Positions 1-12,907 are shown, counted from the whole stretch's first letter. The stretch is DNA of 63,345 nucleotides, filler included, from Octopus bimaculoides (GCF_001194135.2; 3 parts of 3 records of this genome joined end to end with filler, not necessarily neighbours in it), one strand, 5' to 3'. The notes: generated by a model from the letters alone, not told the origin. Program-made: numbers and translations.

Positions 1-32
<32 letters not shown>

Positions 33-865
33 ATTTATTAATTTATTAATATAATATTATATAAATGTATGTATGTATTATGTATGTATGTATGTAGATA
101 TGAGAGGTTTTAGTATCCAGAGGGCCCAAATATGAACTCCTATCAGAATTAACATACCATGGACAAGAAGCCTCTTTACCTATTCTACACAGCACATTTC
201 TTGGATAATGGAACTGCAACTGCAACATCCAACATATATTTTTATTTTTATTCTCATATTTTCCTTTATATTTCCTGTATCTCTCCCTTTCCAAAATAAC
301 TTCTTATATTGAACTCTACTATGTTCTTCTGTTTAACTCTCTCACATCATCTGATGATAGGATATCCTTTATATCCCTGAAATGGCTGTAAGACTACCTC
401 TCTCTTTATAAATGTCCTAGAAATTTCACATTGCCTTGGCTTTGTTGTCTCATTTTATTCATATATATATATCAGGTACAGCAAAATCAAAGTTGTGCCC
501 TTATGAAACACATCTGCCTATTCCAGTAATACAATTGATATGTAGATGCTGTCTTCATTGTATTGATGTGAGGTACATATCAGAGTTGAAAATTCTGGAA
601 AAATTGTTTGAAGAGTTATTATATAACAAAACAGGAAGTTGGAAAATCTTTTGGTATAATATTATGCATCATTACACAGGTTTCGTCTGCTAATAGGAAT
701 TACAAACTTTTACATGTAAGATAAACATGCAAGAAATTCTTCAGATAGAGAATTAAATGATTTATATATATATATGAATATATATTGAGGAATTTGCTGG
801 ACAAATATAAAAATTACAGTCTTAGACAAGTTTCTCATAGAAAGAAATTACAGCAAAATACTTAC

Positions 866-927
866 TTGACAATTAAGACAAATAGGTCATCTGTTAGATC
901 TGAGCTCTTCAAAATTGGGATTATATC
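866..927 (-). CDS. tim: Timeless coding exon 3, DIIPILKSSDLTDDLFVLIV(K/N)
   Basis: 62 nt, ccccctgtttttacag| acceptor, CAA|gtaag donor, only frame 0 is open. Aligns with TIM [20 protein letters not shown]. No fitting next exon was found in 1-865, so the gene continues beyond the left edge. Confidence 0.88.
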
Positions 928-2765
928 CTGTAAAAACAGGGGGAAAAAATAAAGTAATAACAAACATCTTAAGTCCATACATCAAAATAAACAAACTGAA
1001 CACACGTATTAAAATAACATGTTTTAGGTTGAGATTGTTTATATTGTAGATTAAGTAAAAGCAATGCCATTCTCTATAATTTTGGATCCATTCATTTTTT
1101 GGATATCTATATAAGTGCATTAAAAAATAACTTGCTAATTGAGACTAATAACCCTGTGTAACAAAAATTTTATTTGTTTTTGGTCAGTAAGTGTTATTTC
1201 CTATTTTCTTCTATCTAGAAATCAAAGGAAATGTCTACTATTCACTTCAAACTTTGCTTTTATGATCTAGATGTCAATGTTTTGAAACTGACCTATCTTC
1301 CATTACATTTCAGACAGATTCAGCACTGAGTTGCTGAAGCAGAAATATCATTATTGCAAATATTCTGCTCAATACCACAGATTTGCTTGACCTTAACCAC
1401 TTGAGCATGTCTCTTAGTAGCTGACAATATGTGCACCTCTGATCATGAGTCAGAGTAGTAGGGAAGCATCATAGCTATGTGTCAGAGGGATTCTTTGGGG
1501 TTTGAATAAATAAAAGCAAAGTTTGAAGGAAATATTAGCCATTTTTCATAGTTTCTAGGTATAAGCAAATAGTATGTAACAGTTGCTACCCACAAACAAA
1601 AATCTTGTTATATAGTGTAATTATTAGAGATCTATAGAGTTTAATACATGCAGCATAGTGTATAGTATTGACTGGATGCTGGTAGGGTTGTGTTGTTAAG
1701 AAATTTGCATTGCAACTGCAGGGTTCCAGGTTCAATTCCATTGTGTATGGTATTTTGGGTGTCTTCTGCTCTAGCCTCAGGCTAACCAAAAATGACCAGA
1801 ACCTTTTGATATGAATTTGACAGACAGAAACTCTGTGGAAGCCCTTTGGATGGACTGAAGCTGTAATTTGAATGTCCAGCTGTGTTGTGTTATTTTGGTC
1901 TGTAAGTTACATCAAGACTACACATGCCTGTGAAGTATTCAGCTGCAAACATACTGGTCTAATGTAGGTGGTTCAATTAAATGCACATTGTCAAAAGCCT
2001 ACAGATGAATCATCATTATCAGTGTGATTGATCCTTGTTAAAGATCCTCTGAATTATAATATATACTAGAGTCATACAATGCAGAAGGGAGGAAATAGCT
2101 TCAAAATTTAAACAGCTTATTACAATTGCCATGCTAGAGCTACAATGACAATCCTATATTATGATGCAACTGTGATCCTGGATTGGATTTGCATTAACAA
2201 TCCAGTCAGTTATACAGGCCCAACAGTTATGGATCCATACTGAGGATACAAGCAGTTTAGACTATTTTTAAATGAATATAAGACAGACTAGACTCTCAAT
2301 AAACCTACTCAATATCTGTCCCCCTTAAGACTACAGGGTTTATGGATTTGGGGCTTATCTGGATTTCCAAAGAATTCAGGTAAATGAAAGTATAAAACTC
2401 TTCTTTGGACCAGATCCCAATTTGTCACAGAATTAATCCACATAAGCTGTCACTGGTACTTTTTTTGCAGCTGAGTGGACTGAAGCAATATGAAATGAAG
2501 TGCCTTGCTCAAGAATGTAAAGCACCACCCAGTAAGAGAATGAAACCTATGATCTAACAATTAGATAAATATGTTATAGCCTAACACTAACTACTTGACC
2601 AAGTACCTTTACAATAAACCTATTACTAAATATGTTGCTTCCCAACCACATGGTTCCAGGTTCAGTCCCACTGCATGGTATCTTGGGCAAGTGTTTTCTA
2701 CTATAGTCCTGGACTGACCAAACATTGTGAGTAGGTTTGGTAGATGGAAACAGAAAGAAACCTAT

Positions 2766-2802
<37 letters not shown>

Positions 2803-3041
2803 ATGTGTGTCTTTGTATTTGTCCTCCCACCACCACTTGACAACCAGTGTTGGTTTGTTTAAGTCCTGGTAACTTAGCAATTCAGCAATAGAAACTGATA
2901 GGATAAGTAACAGACTTTAAAAGAAAGAAGTTTTGAGGTCTATTTTTTAACTAAACTTTCCAAGGCAGTGTCCAAGCATGGCCACAGTCCAATGGCTAAA
3001 ACAACTTAAAAGGAAATGGTAAAAGAAGTAAAACAACTTAC

Positions 3042-3136
3042 TGTGCTTATCATGTTATAGATATTTTTCTGGCGACGGAATGATCTAATGTGCGAATCTT
3101 CACTTTTCAGTTTTGAAATGATTTCCTGTAGAGTTT
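3042..3136 (-). CDS. tim: Timeless coding exon 2, (E)TLQEIISKLKSEDSHIRSFRRQKNIYNMIST
   Basis: 95 nt, tttttcag| acceptor, ACA|gtaagt donor, phases 1/0 fit both neighbours. Aligns with TIM [22 protein letters not shown]; the R-x-FRR motif is tim1-like rather than timeout-like. Confidence 0.92.
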
Positions 3137-3610
3137 CTGAAAAATATATTTAAAAAGAAAATACAGTGGGAATATTTTAACTGTATCACACTTGGTCTTT
3201 TTAGTTCTTTACAAGTCTTGAAAAATAAGTAACTTTTGTGGGAAACAAATAACTTCACAGCTAAGCCTGGGCTTAAAAAAATCAAGCTGAACAAATCTGC
3301 CAGTTCACCAAGTGAAATAATGCATTCCAGCAGTGTGACATTGAAAATTAACTCGTTTTCATTGTCAATGTCAAGCATAAAACTTGTTTAATTGCCAAAT
3401 AAAATCCAAACCTACACTTAAGCATTTCTATTCAATTACTGTTTTATATGGATTACTTGAACTGCTGCTCATTAATTTGAATTACTTATCACTTCTATTA
3501 TACTTTAACCCAACAGGTCACTTCCTGCTATTTGGTCCAAAACCGGTCTATAAACAACAGGTGGGAAAATAAAGAAATTTACCTATATAATTGCAACATA
3601 TCTATTCTAG

Positions 3611-3940
3611 AAGTGAAGGCACGTGGCTTAGTGGTTAGGGCATTCGGCTCACGATCGTAAGGCCGTGAGTTCAATTCCCGGCGACGCGTTGTGTCCTTGA
3701 GCAAGACACTTTATTTCACGTTGCTCCTGTCCGCTCAGCGGGCAAAAATGAGTAGTACCTTTATTTCAAAAGGCCAGCCTTGTCACACTGTATGTCACGC
3801 TGAGTCTCCCTGAGAACTACGTTGGGGGTACACGTGTCTGTGGATTGCTCAGTCACTTGCACGTTAATTTCATGAGCAAGCTGTTCCGTTGATCATATCA
3901 GCTGGGACCCTCGTCGTTGTAACCGACGGAGTGCTCCTTT
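3611..3940 (+). mobile_element. tRNA-derived SINE (second family) with a 12-bp TSD, in the tim intron between coding exons 1 and 2
   Basis: Head ggcacgtggcttagtggttag...gagttcaattccc; TSD tatctattctag at 3599-3610 and 3941-3952. Related inverted copies at about 55190-55340 and 59730-59885. Confidence 0.9.
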
Positions 3941-4399
3941 TATCTATTCTAGTCTCTCTGCATACTACCCAATGTTTTCTTTTGTTTTTTTTTCACAATG
4001 GATTACTACTCTTTAATTAAAAGTAATGATGTCTAATTAATTAACCACTCATCTAATTTCATTAGTTTTTTCTACAGTTCAGATTTATATTCCATTGGAC
4101 TCATTTTTTTTGCTTTATTTTTGTTTTTGTCTCCCTATGATCAATAAAATAACGGTAGGGAATAATATGGAACTGATCCCATTAAATATACCCACCTTTA
4201 TTGTTATCATAATAAAGATCATAACCGCTAGCCTTTACAAAACTGGCCTATATTCACTAGTCAGCTTTAGAAATGACTACCCAGTAAGATAACATTTGTA
4301 TATCTGCTTCACTTATTACAACTAATAGCCAAATCACACTGCCTTCTTAACAAAAGAACCTCCACACAACTGATTGAATATTATAGTCCTAGATATACC

Positions 4400-4713
4400 T
4401 GACTGGCCTTCATAGGATTTTCGAGCGAGACCGTTGCCAGTGCCCCTGGACTGGCTCCTGTGCGGATGGCACATAAAATACACCATTTTGAGCGTGGCCG
4501 TTGCCAGTACCGCCTGACTGGCCTTTGTGCAGGTGACACGTAAAAGCACCCACTACACTCTCTGAGTGGTTGGCGTTAGGAAGGGCATCCAGCTGTAGAA
4601 ACTCTGCCAAATCAGATTGGAGGCTGGTGTTGCCATCCGGTTTCACCAGTCCTCAGTCAAATCGTCCAACCCATGCTAGCATGGAAAGCGGACGTTAAAC
4701 GATGATGATGATG
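4400..4713 (+). mobile_element. RTE-tail-type short element ending in (GAT)n (representative copy)
   Basis: ggaagggcatccagctgtagaa...aacccatgctagcatggaaagcggacgttaaacgatgatg tail. The same tail recurs near 19430, 30850, 39215, 45610, 52960, 55790 and 60940. Confidence 0.8.
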
Positions 4714-6370
4714 NNNNNNNNNNNNNNNNNNNNNNNNNNNNNNNNNNNNNNNNNNNNNNNNNNNNNNNNNNNNNNNNNNNNNNNNNNNNNNNNNNNNNNN
4801 NNNNNNNNNNNNNNNNNNNNNNNNNNNNNNNNNNNNNNNNNNNNNNNNNNNNNNNNNNNNNNNNNNNNNNNNNNNNNNNNNNNNNNNNNNNNNNNNNNNN
4901 NNNNNNNNNNNNNNNNNNNNNNNNNGATATATTAAAAATACCCATTTTACTCTCTTTCTCCCTGTAGCTACTAAAAGACATAATTACAGAGACCATGTTG
5001 AACAAAATCTTTTTTTAGAAACTCCATACTATTTATTCTTTTATTTTACCTGCTGACTAGAAATGTAAAAATTTCACATCCTTTTCATCTCATTTCTTCA
5101 ACTATTCAATAATTCTTTGTTCCCTTTTTCATTTTTCAGTTATGTCTCTTTTACTTTTGCCTTATTTATATTTCCGCAATTTTTATTTTTAGCTCTTTAT
5201 GTTAACAAAAATACAGAAAATTTCCCAATCACAAAAGTGCACAAAGCCAGCTAGAAATAGACACAAAGACACACACACCCACACTTCTATTTCATTATCA
5301 TCAATTGACGGTCACATAAAAATCAGGTTAACAACAAACTGCATTCTCCAACAGTAAGTCTTTTCCATATTCCCTTTGCATTAGCCAACATATAACCAAC
5401 ACATTTCTACAATGTTTCTTTCTTTCTATCTTTATTTTGTTCTCCTTCTACCTGCAAGATCATCAGATAATTTCTCCATTATTCAAGAAAAAATTACAAA
5501 TCAATGACTGCCATTTCTACAAGCCCATAAACATCTTTAATGCTACATATTAAAAATATGTAAATTTTCTAACAATATATTTTCCATATATATTCTCTAA
5601 ATCAACTGTGCGTCTTACATTGATGCTGAATGGAGGAATCCTACAAGATCAATGGTTAGGATCACCAAGTTCTATCAATGTATCCATAGGGATAGCATTC
5701 ATGGTCATGTAATCAGCTAATGAAAGACTCACTGTGACTTGAGCTCCCAATTCAAATTCATAATAATGGAATTGAATGGTGGTGGCAGAGAAGTCATAGG
5801 AATCTGCAAATGCAGCAACAAAAAAATATTTTCCAAATTTCTCTAGATTTTCATAATGAGCTCAGATAGAGGCAGTATGGTGGTATTCTTGCAATCACTG
5901 ATATCATTTAAGAGATAGAGATACATGCATTTAGCAAGATATCACTGGTGAGCTTAAGTACGGACTCGTTAGTGATACACTCTGATGAAGAACCAACATG
6001 GATATACAGAGGTTGGCTGTCCAGAAAAAAAAAAACCCTCCATCGATCAGCTCTGTAATAAAAGGCTATGTTGCCCAGCTGGCCTCTTAGACATTGTGAT
6101 GGGTGATGCTGTTGAGTTGGCAAATCCAAACAAGATCAGACAAATGACGATGATGATGATGATGATAAGGAGGAGGAGGACAAAGACAATGATGATGATG
6201 TTGGCGTTGGTGGTGGTGGTGGTGGTGGCGATGCTGAAACTTAGAATCCACTTGATATCCTCTTCTCTAATTGATAAGACATTTGCATCTGGTTGTGAAA
6301 CGAAAACCTTTACACATACACACACAAATAGATAAAAAAATAAAATGTCATGCAATAACACCTGACTTAC

Positions 6371-6470
6371 CTTCACACTCATCAGCAATGATATATTCAT
6401 TGTCCAGCAAGCACCCTAATCCTGAATGGATATTGCGTATTCCATCAACGTTCATTAAATTCCATTCCAT
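6371..6470 (-). CDS. tim: Timeless (Drosophila-type tim1) first coding exon, MEWNLMNVDGIRNIHSGLGCLLDNEYIIADECE(E)
   Basis: Acceptor ttattttgtatttcag| at 6501, 31 nt of 5'UTR, ATG at 6470, donor G|gtaagt at 6371 (phase 1). The peptide aligns by eye with the Drosophila TIM N-terminus ([27 protein letters not shown]). Confidence 0.92.
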
Positions 6471-8057
6471 GATTGTAGGATTTTATTTCTTGAGTTAATA
6501 TCTGAAATACAAAATAACAGTGACAAGATTAGAAACAACAATAACAGACCATAGATCAAAATGTTAATGGTTGGTAAGATCATGTATTACATCAAAGCAA
6601 TGCAATTGTGATGATGATGATGATGATGATGGTAAAAGAAGTCTGAAAGCTGCCATTCATAAATGAGTATGGCTTGGTAGAATGTACCATGCTTTTACTA
6701 ATTGTTTTAGGGGCCTATGTAGTTGTAAGCAAACACAGACACCGTCCTGGCCCTCCTATCCTTAACCTAGTGGAACATAGAGAATGTTACAGTTAGAGGA
6801 GGGGGAGGAGGAGGTGAAAAGAAGAAAGAGAGAGAGAGAGCTGCACCAACTGTTATACTTTAGTCATTTTATCTATAAGATCTAATTTCCTAAAATATCT
6901 AAACCAATCAACAAGTGTTTCTGGATCTACTTCTCACAGGAATTTTCTGGACAGACTATAAGTATTATTAGAGAGGCAGAAATGGTAAACACAATATGCC
7001 AAAGCGTCATAGGTCAACGATGCTTAGGCAAGGTTATCTTGTGTCAGTCCCCACTACTGCTCGATGTGTCCTTGCCTTAAGATAGCACAGCTTTGGTGTA
7101 GCTGAAACTGGGTAACTGGAGATGAGCTCCCAATGCTCTATAAAATAGTTCCATGTGGAGCAAGTAAACTGATTTCTCACTCCTGGATCAACTACCAGCC
7201 ATGCATGATCATTGTGGCACTGGCATCACTAAAATGGAGAGGATGTGAAATCAAGTGTTCAGTGCTGAAACTGTCTTAAATATTCACTCAGAATCCAGTA
7301 TGAATGTACTCCTGAATCCAGTGGTTACTGTAGCCCTAGTCCATATATCTGTATGGACTAAGGTTACTAGTATATGACAAGCTAGAATAAAACCAACTGT
7401 CTCACTATCTCTTATAATCTGACTGATTCTTTTTGTTTGGCAGTATCCTGGGGATTAGAATATGTGGATTGATATAAAACTACTCCAGAAACTTCTTATA
7501 AACATGGATCAAAATATAAATCTGGAATGCAACCTCAGGGGAGGCTGGCTAAAGCTACAAACTGTAAGCCACTATATCTATCTATCAAATAACATATTTA
7601 ACTGTAATAAACTGGGATCAATTGGGTGCACTTTATACATTCATGTTACTGTACTGATGGTAGATATCATAATCATTATCATTCTAAAGGCAGTGATTTG
7701 GCAGAATTGTTACATCATCAGACATACTGTTTTGCAATATTTTTTCTGGTTCTCTGCAGTCTGAGTTCAAATCCCACCAAAGTCATTTCATCCTCTCAGG
7801 GTCAATAAAATAAAACATCAATCAAGTACTGTGATAGGAGGATCGATGTAATTAACAGTTCCCTTCTCCCCAAATTTAAAACTTTGAATCTAAGTAAAAA
7901 AGCAACATCAGGGTCAGTGGGTTGGCAAAGAAACTCTTTTACTAATTTTTGCACAGATTAATTTTACTACAGGCAAATGCATACAGCACACAGACATATA
8001 TACATACATATATATAAAGTTGTATAAATTTAAAACTGGACAAGAATTATACAAGGA

Positions 8058-8294
8058 TTATTAAGGTGGCGAGCTGGCAGAAACGTTAGCACGCCAGGCG
8101 AAATGCTTAGCGGTATTTCGTCTGCCGTTACGTTCTGAGTTCAAATTCCGCCGAAGTCGACTTTGCCTTTCATCCTTTCGGGGTCGATAAATTAAGTACC
8201 AGTTACGCACTGGGGTCGATCTAATCGACTTAATCCGTTTGTCTGTCCTTGTTTGTCCCCTCTATGTTTAGCCCCTTGTGGGCAATACAGAAAT
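8058..8294 (+). mobile_element. tRNA-derived SINE with a 16-bp target-site duplication
   Basis: A/B-box-like head (ggcgagctggcagaa...gagttcaaattcc), central gcctttcatcctttcggggtcgataaa domain, TSD aagaattatacaagga at 8042-8057 and 8295-8310. Related decayed copies at about 41405-41790 and 58275-58490. Confidence 0.9.
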
Positions 8295-8819
8295 AAGAAT
8301 TATACAAGGACACTGTAGAGCTTGTTAAAAACCTGAATAAAAAAAATAAAGGAGGGCAACATACCTAGAGAGGAAGAGATGAAAACACAGACAGATAGAC
8401 AGATAGATAGACAGAAACTGAGAAAAAGTGAGAGCTATCAATGTATAGAGGCAGTGAACATGTAAATACTCTTATTCAAATCTAAAAAGGTTCCATATCA
8501 CATGACCAACATATATAACAATTGTAAAGTTGAAATTTCATTTTGATATACATAAGCACATGCACGAGCATGTAGGCATAGCTGTGTGATTAGAAGCTTG
8601 CTTCCCAACCACATGGTTCCAGGTTCAGTTCCACTGCATGGCACCTAGGGCAAGTGTTTTCTACCATAGCCTTGGGCTGATCAAAGTTTTATGAGTAGTT
8701 TGGTAGATGGAAACTGAAAAGAAGCCTGTCGTATATATGTATATATCAATGCGTGCATGTCCCCCACCTCTGCTCGACAACGAGTTTTGGTATGTTTTAT
8801 GTCCCCCAAAACTTAGCAG

Positions 8820-9200
8820 TTGCAGAAAAGGCACCATCATTGGTTAATCATAAAGGAGTGATGCTCTTAAAGGATAATGCAAGACTACATATTGCACAAG
8901 TCACTTAGGAAAAGATTATGGCACTAAATACTGAAGTTTTGTTTCATTCTTTTTATTCTCTTGACCTTGCTCTATCCAACTATCTATCATCTTTTCAGAT
9001 CATTGCAATAATATTTAATGAGAAAAAGGTTTATTAATTATGACGAGATTAAAAATGATACTGAGTGTTTCTTTGTCTTGAAACATGAGGAATTTTACAT
9101 TTAATGTCCATGGGGTCAAGTTTGTCCTCAACAATTTACCAAATAGGTGAGATTATGTTATCAATAAAGAAGGGTGAGGATATTGTGATTAAATACATCA
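8820..9200 (+). mobile_element. Decayed mariner transposase C-terminal fragment
   Basis: LVNHKGVMLLKDNARLHIAQ, a degenerate YSPDL-like motif (FYSLDLALS) and NNLPNR. Confidence 0.75.
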
Positions 9201-9287
9201 ATTAAAACCAAGGAAGAAACTGTTTCTTTCTCCATCTTGAAAATCAACAGAATTTTCTGTCCAAACAAAGGAGAGAGAGAGAACATA

Positions 9288-9339
<52 letters not shown>

Positions 9340-9393
9340 CCTTTACAGCCTGATGAAAGTAAGTCGAAACTTTTAAGTCACTGTCAACCTTTT

Positions 9394-9485
<92 letters not shown>

Positions 9486-9553
9486 CTAGAAACAAAAAGA
9501 TCTTTGTTACAGAAGTAAGGAATAACTTTTCTGATGATTATTTTCTACTTTAA

Positions 9554-9730
9554 CCCTTTAGCATTCAGATTATTCTTTCAAATGTGATGTTCATTGATTC
9601 ACATTTTTTTAAAATTAATCATGAATTATCCAGTTGCTTCGAGATTTTGTGGATGTGATTGTTTATTTTTAGATTAACATTGTAGGGTAGGCATGAGAAG
9701 CTGGATATGGCTGGTGCAAATGAAAAAGGG
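9554..9730. mobile_element. piggyBac-type MITE
   Basis: TTAA|CCCTTT...AAAGGG|TTAA ends. A partial inverted copy of its left half lies at about 62595-62682. Confidence 0.75.
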
Positions 9731-10284
9731 TTAATGATTAGACATTTACAAATCACTTTTTTTTAAACAATGATCACAGGTTTTTTTTTAGTCACTGATT
9801 TGGGACTAAGAGTGTCTTCTTCAACATCATTCCTCAAACTGGTCTTTTTTTATATATATATATATCAGAGTTCTTTTAATACAAGTTCAGTATTTTTCTG
9901 GGTGTTGGAGGGGTGTTACAAACATACACACATACATGTATGTATGCATGTATAAAGTGACATGCACAATAATCACAAAAAATATTCAAACAATTTTAAC
10001 CCTTCATGGGCTGGTGGGGCTGGAATTACACAAAAGGCCATTGGGACACCTTTTATTTTTGTGGATTTCAGCACTATCTATAAAGTAATATTTGTTTAAT
10101 CTTGTATATATGTGTGAGTCCATGATACAGAACAAGAAATTTAGCACCTTATAGGTATGTATTTGTAAAACCTTTATTGAAAGAAATCAACATTTTTTTA
10201 TAGTTTTATAAACTATACATATAATACTAAGTATAAAATAAAACAAAATTTAGTATATTTAGTACAAATACAAAGAAAATTGAT

Positions 10285-12010
10285 TTATAGTTCATCAGAA
10301 CGTGAGACACAATCATTGCAAGCAAAGTTAGAATGGGCATCACAAATAGGCTCACTACATACTGTGCATGATTTCTTTCTTTTTCTTGTCAAGCTTTCTT
10401 GGACACTTTTTACATCTTTTTTCAGTTTTTCTTGGGGTTGATACTGGGATGGTCCTGTTGTTTCACCACTCTCAAAGGCTTCCATGCACACTACAACATG
10501 TCTTCATAGTTTTCTGCATTCTGCCAAGAAACGCCATTGGGATTTGCAGTTTGCAAAGTTGTTCAGTCAAATCTGAAAGGAAGTGCCGATGCTTTTGGTG
10601 TCCTCTATATGCATCGGGTTCTTTTTCCATGAAACAAACAGCAGAATTATGTGCTGCGACATCAAGCATCCAGTAGAAAATAACTAAAGGCCATCTATTT
10701 GTTGTGAGTTTACATGAGTAATTGACTAATTGGTCTAATGTATCTACACCACCTTTAGTTGCATTATGGTCTGCAATCATATCTAGTTTAAAAGGTTCAC
10801 TTTCTTGTATTTTGTTGTCATAATGCATAGTGCTCAGTAGTAAGATAGCTGCCTTATTTACTTTTGGAACATAACTGCACATCATAAGATGATGCTCTTG
10901 GCTAAAGCCAAACTTTGTTGAAAACAATTGACGACCCTAAGAGGCTTGGAATGATGGAGGTATTTCATGTTTATTCTTTCTGATGGTTCCTAAGATCGTT
11001 ACACTTTTTGTAGGTTGTTCTAAAGCACGACCAACATCAGTAAAAAAGTTGTCACATGTAATATATCTACCAGAGTTTAGAATAGTCTTGCTGAGATCTC
11101 AAACAACTCTTTTAGCCCACTGTTATTCTGGACCTTCAGGGCCTTTCCCTATGTATATCTGCACATTTAGAAGGTAGGTGTTACTAGCATCAACAATAGA
11201 CCAAACTTTTATCTCATATTTACTTGGTTTTGATGGTATGTACACTTTGAATGAGCATTTTCCTCTGAAGGACAACAGAGATTCATCAATAGTTACACAA
11301 GGGTCAGCTTTGTAATTTATTTGGCATGACTCAATAAACCTCTGCCAGACTTCATATATAGGTGCCAACTTCCCATAATCACCATTTTTTCGAGCTTACC
11401 GTGTAGACATGTCATCAAATCTTATGCACTTTTTCAGTTCTTTGAACCTATTACGACTCACACAAGCATAATAAATTAGTTGGCCTGTCTTTGTGCTAAA
11501 GACATCATTGTCCAACCCAGCTCTGAGATGGAGACCTATCCATGTGATTATTTCAATATAATCTACATCTTTCCAATTTTCAGCATAGAGAACTTTCCCT
11601 TTTTGATTCATTGCTTCAATTAGAAGTTCCATTACTTCATCCATGAGAAAAAAACTAAATGTAGTAGAAACAGCATGGGAAGGTACAGCTACATGAATGC
11701 CTGCACTTTTACGAAGCACATTTTGGTGAACATTTCATCTGCATCTGGGAAGTTCAGTGAGCCATACAGTACATTTATCTTTACCAACCACAGTATTGCC
11801 ATCTTCATAATCAGTTTTGCTGTTTTCAGTACTATAACCATCACTAAAGTTATCACTGGATTCTTCAACATCTTCATTTACTATTATATCAGGTATGTCG
11901 CTATCGGAATCATAAACTGGTGCTGAAACTTCATATGGTGCATCTACAATGCCTCTTTTGCCATAGAACATTGATTTAGGGATAGACATTTGAAATATAT
12001 CAATTTGCAT
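10285..12010 (-). pseudogene. piggyBac (PGBD-like) transposase broken by stops and frameshifts
   Basis: DDD-triad motifs TIDESL, CDNFFT and KGGVDTLDQ, plus YIPSKPSKY, RWPLVIFYWMLD and a C-terminal Cys-rich domain (CTVC...CDAH...CNDC), spread over at least five ORF pieces. Confidence 0.95.
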
Positions 12011-12019
12011 TCAGACTAT

Positions 12020-12640
12020 CTGAAAAAAGAACAGAAAAAATAATTTCACAGAATATCTGAAAAAAAGAACAGAAAAAATAATTTCACAGAATATCTGGAA
12101 AAAAGAACAAAATAAAATAATTTCACAGAATATCTGAAAAAAGAACAAAAAAATTATAATTTCACAGAATATCTGAAAAAAAGCACCAAAAAAATAATTT
12201 CACAGAATATCTGAAAAAAGAACAATAAAAAATAATTTCACAATATCTGAAAAAAAGAACAAAAAAATTTCGCAGAATATCTGAAAAAAGATCAGAAAAA
12301 AATAATTTCACAGAATATATGAAAAAATTTTAAAAAATTATAATTTCACAATATCTGAAAAAAAGAACAAAAAAATTTCACAGAATATCTGAAAAAAAGA
12401 AGTGATAAAAATAATTTCACAATATCTGAAAAAAAAAACAGAAAAATAAAATTTCACAGAATATCTGAAAAAAAGAACAAAAAATTATAATTTCACAATA
12501 TCTGAAAAAAGAACAAAAAGAAATTTCACAGAATGTCTGAAAAAAGAACAGAAAAAAATAATTTCACAGAATATCTGAAAAAAAGAAAAAAATAATTTCA
12601 CAGAATGTCTGAAAAAAAGAACAAAAAAAAATTTCACAGA
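12020..12640. repeat. Tandem array of about 17 units of 33-39 bp inside the piggyBac 5' subterminal region
   Basis: Unit approximately aatttcacagaatatctgaaaaaaagaacagaaaaaat with variable A-run lengths; 17 atttc anchors counted by eye. Confidence 0.95.
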
Positions 12641-12907
12641 AGGCCAATGGAATCCAGTTGGACCCCACCAGCCCATGAAGGGTTAAGTGGTGATTTGTAT
12701 TACATCCTTTTTAAAAGCAGCATAAGTCCCTGGCCCCAGACACACACAAATACACACATATGTATACATGTGTATGTATGTGTGTGCATATATTTATATA
12801 TATATATACATACAAACACACACACACACACATATGTACACATGCATGCATATATAGTTAGATGGTGGTTGTCTACTCCTTAAACAGAGTTTGACCACCT
12901 CCTGCAC

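Larger units (their letters stand above)
10000..12682 (-). mobile_element. Complete piggyBac DNA transposon (2.68 kb), non-functional
   Basis: Perfect 20-bp TIRs (cccttcatgggctggtgggg at 10000-10019; inverse at 12663-12682), TTAA on both sides (9996-9999, 12683-12686), transposase remnants inside. Confidence 0.97.

Noticed and set aside
3100-3378. 92-aa ORF (MLDIDNENE...SLGEL...SYLFFKTCKE) considered as the tim first exon
   Set aside because: No good phase-1 donor, and it overlaps the real exon out of frame. The exon at 6371-6470 fits far better.
3620-3836. Two CACGTG E-boxes inside tim (also at 24012 and 29106) as clock enhancers
   Set aside because: All lie inside multi-copy repeats and nothing shows selection at this locus. 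TTATGTAA D-box-like words are expected by chance in this AT-rich DNA.
4076-4146. SDLYSIGLIF kinase-like peptide
   Set aside because: Short, low complexity, stop follows, no other kinase motifs.
12020-12640. Regularly spaced repeats suggesting a CRISPR array
   Set aside because: No unique spacers, eukaryotic context, no cas genes; it is a satellite inside a piggyBac.
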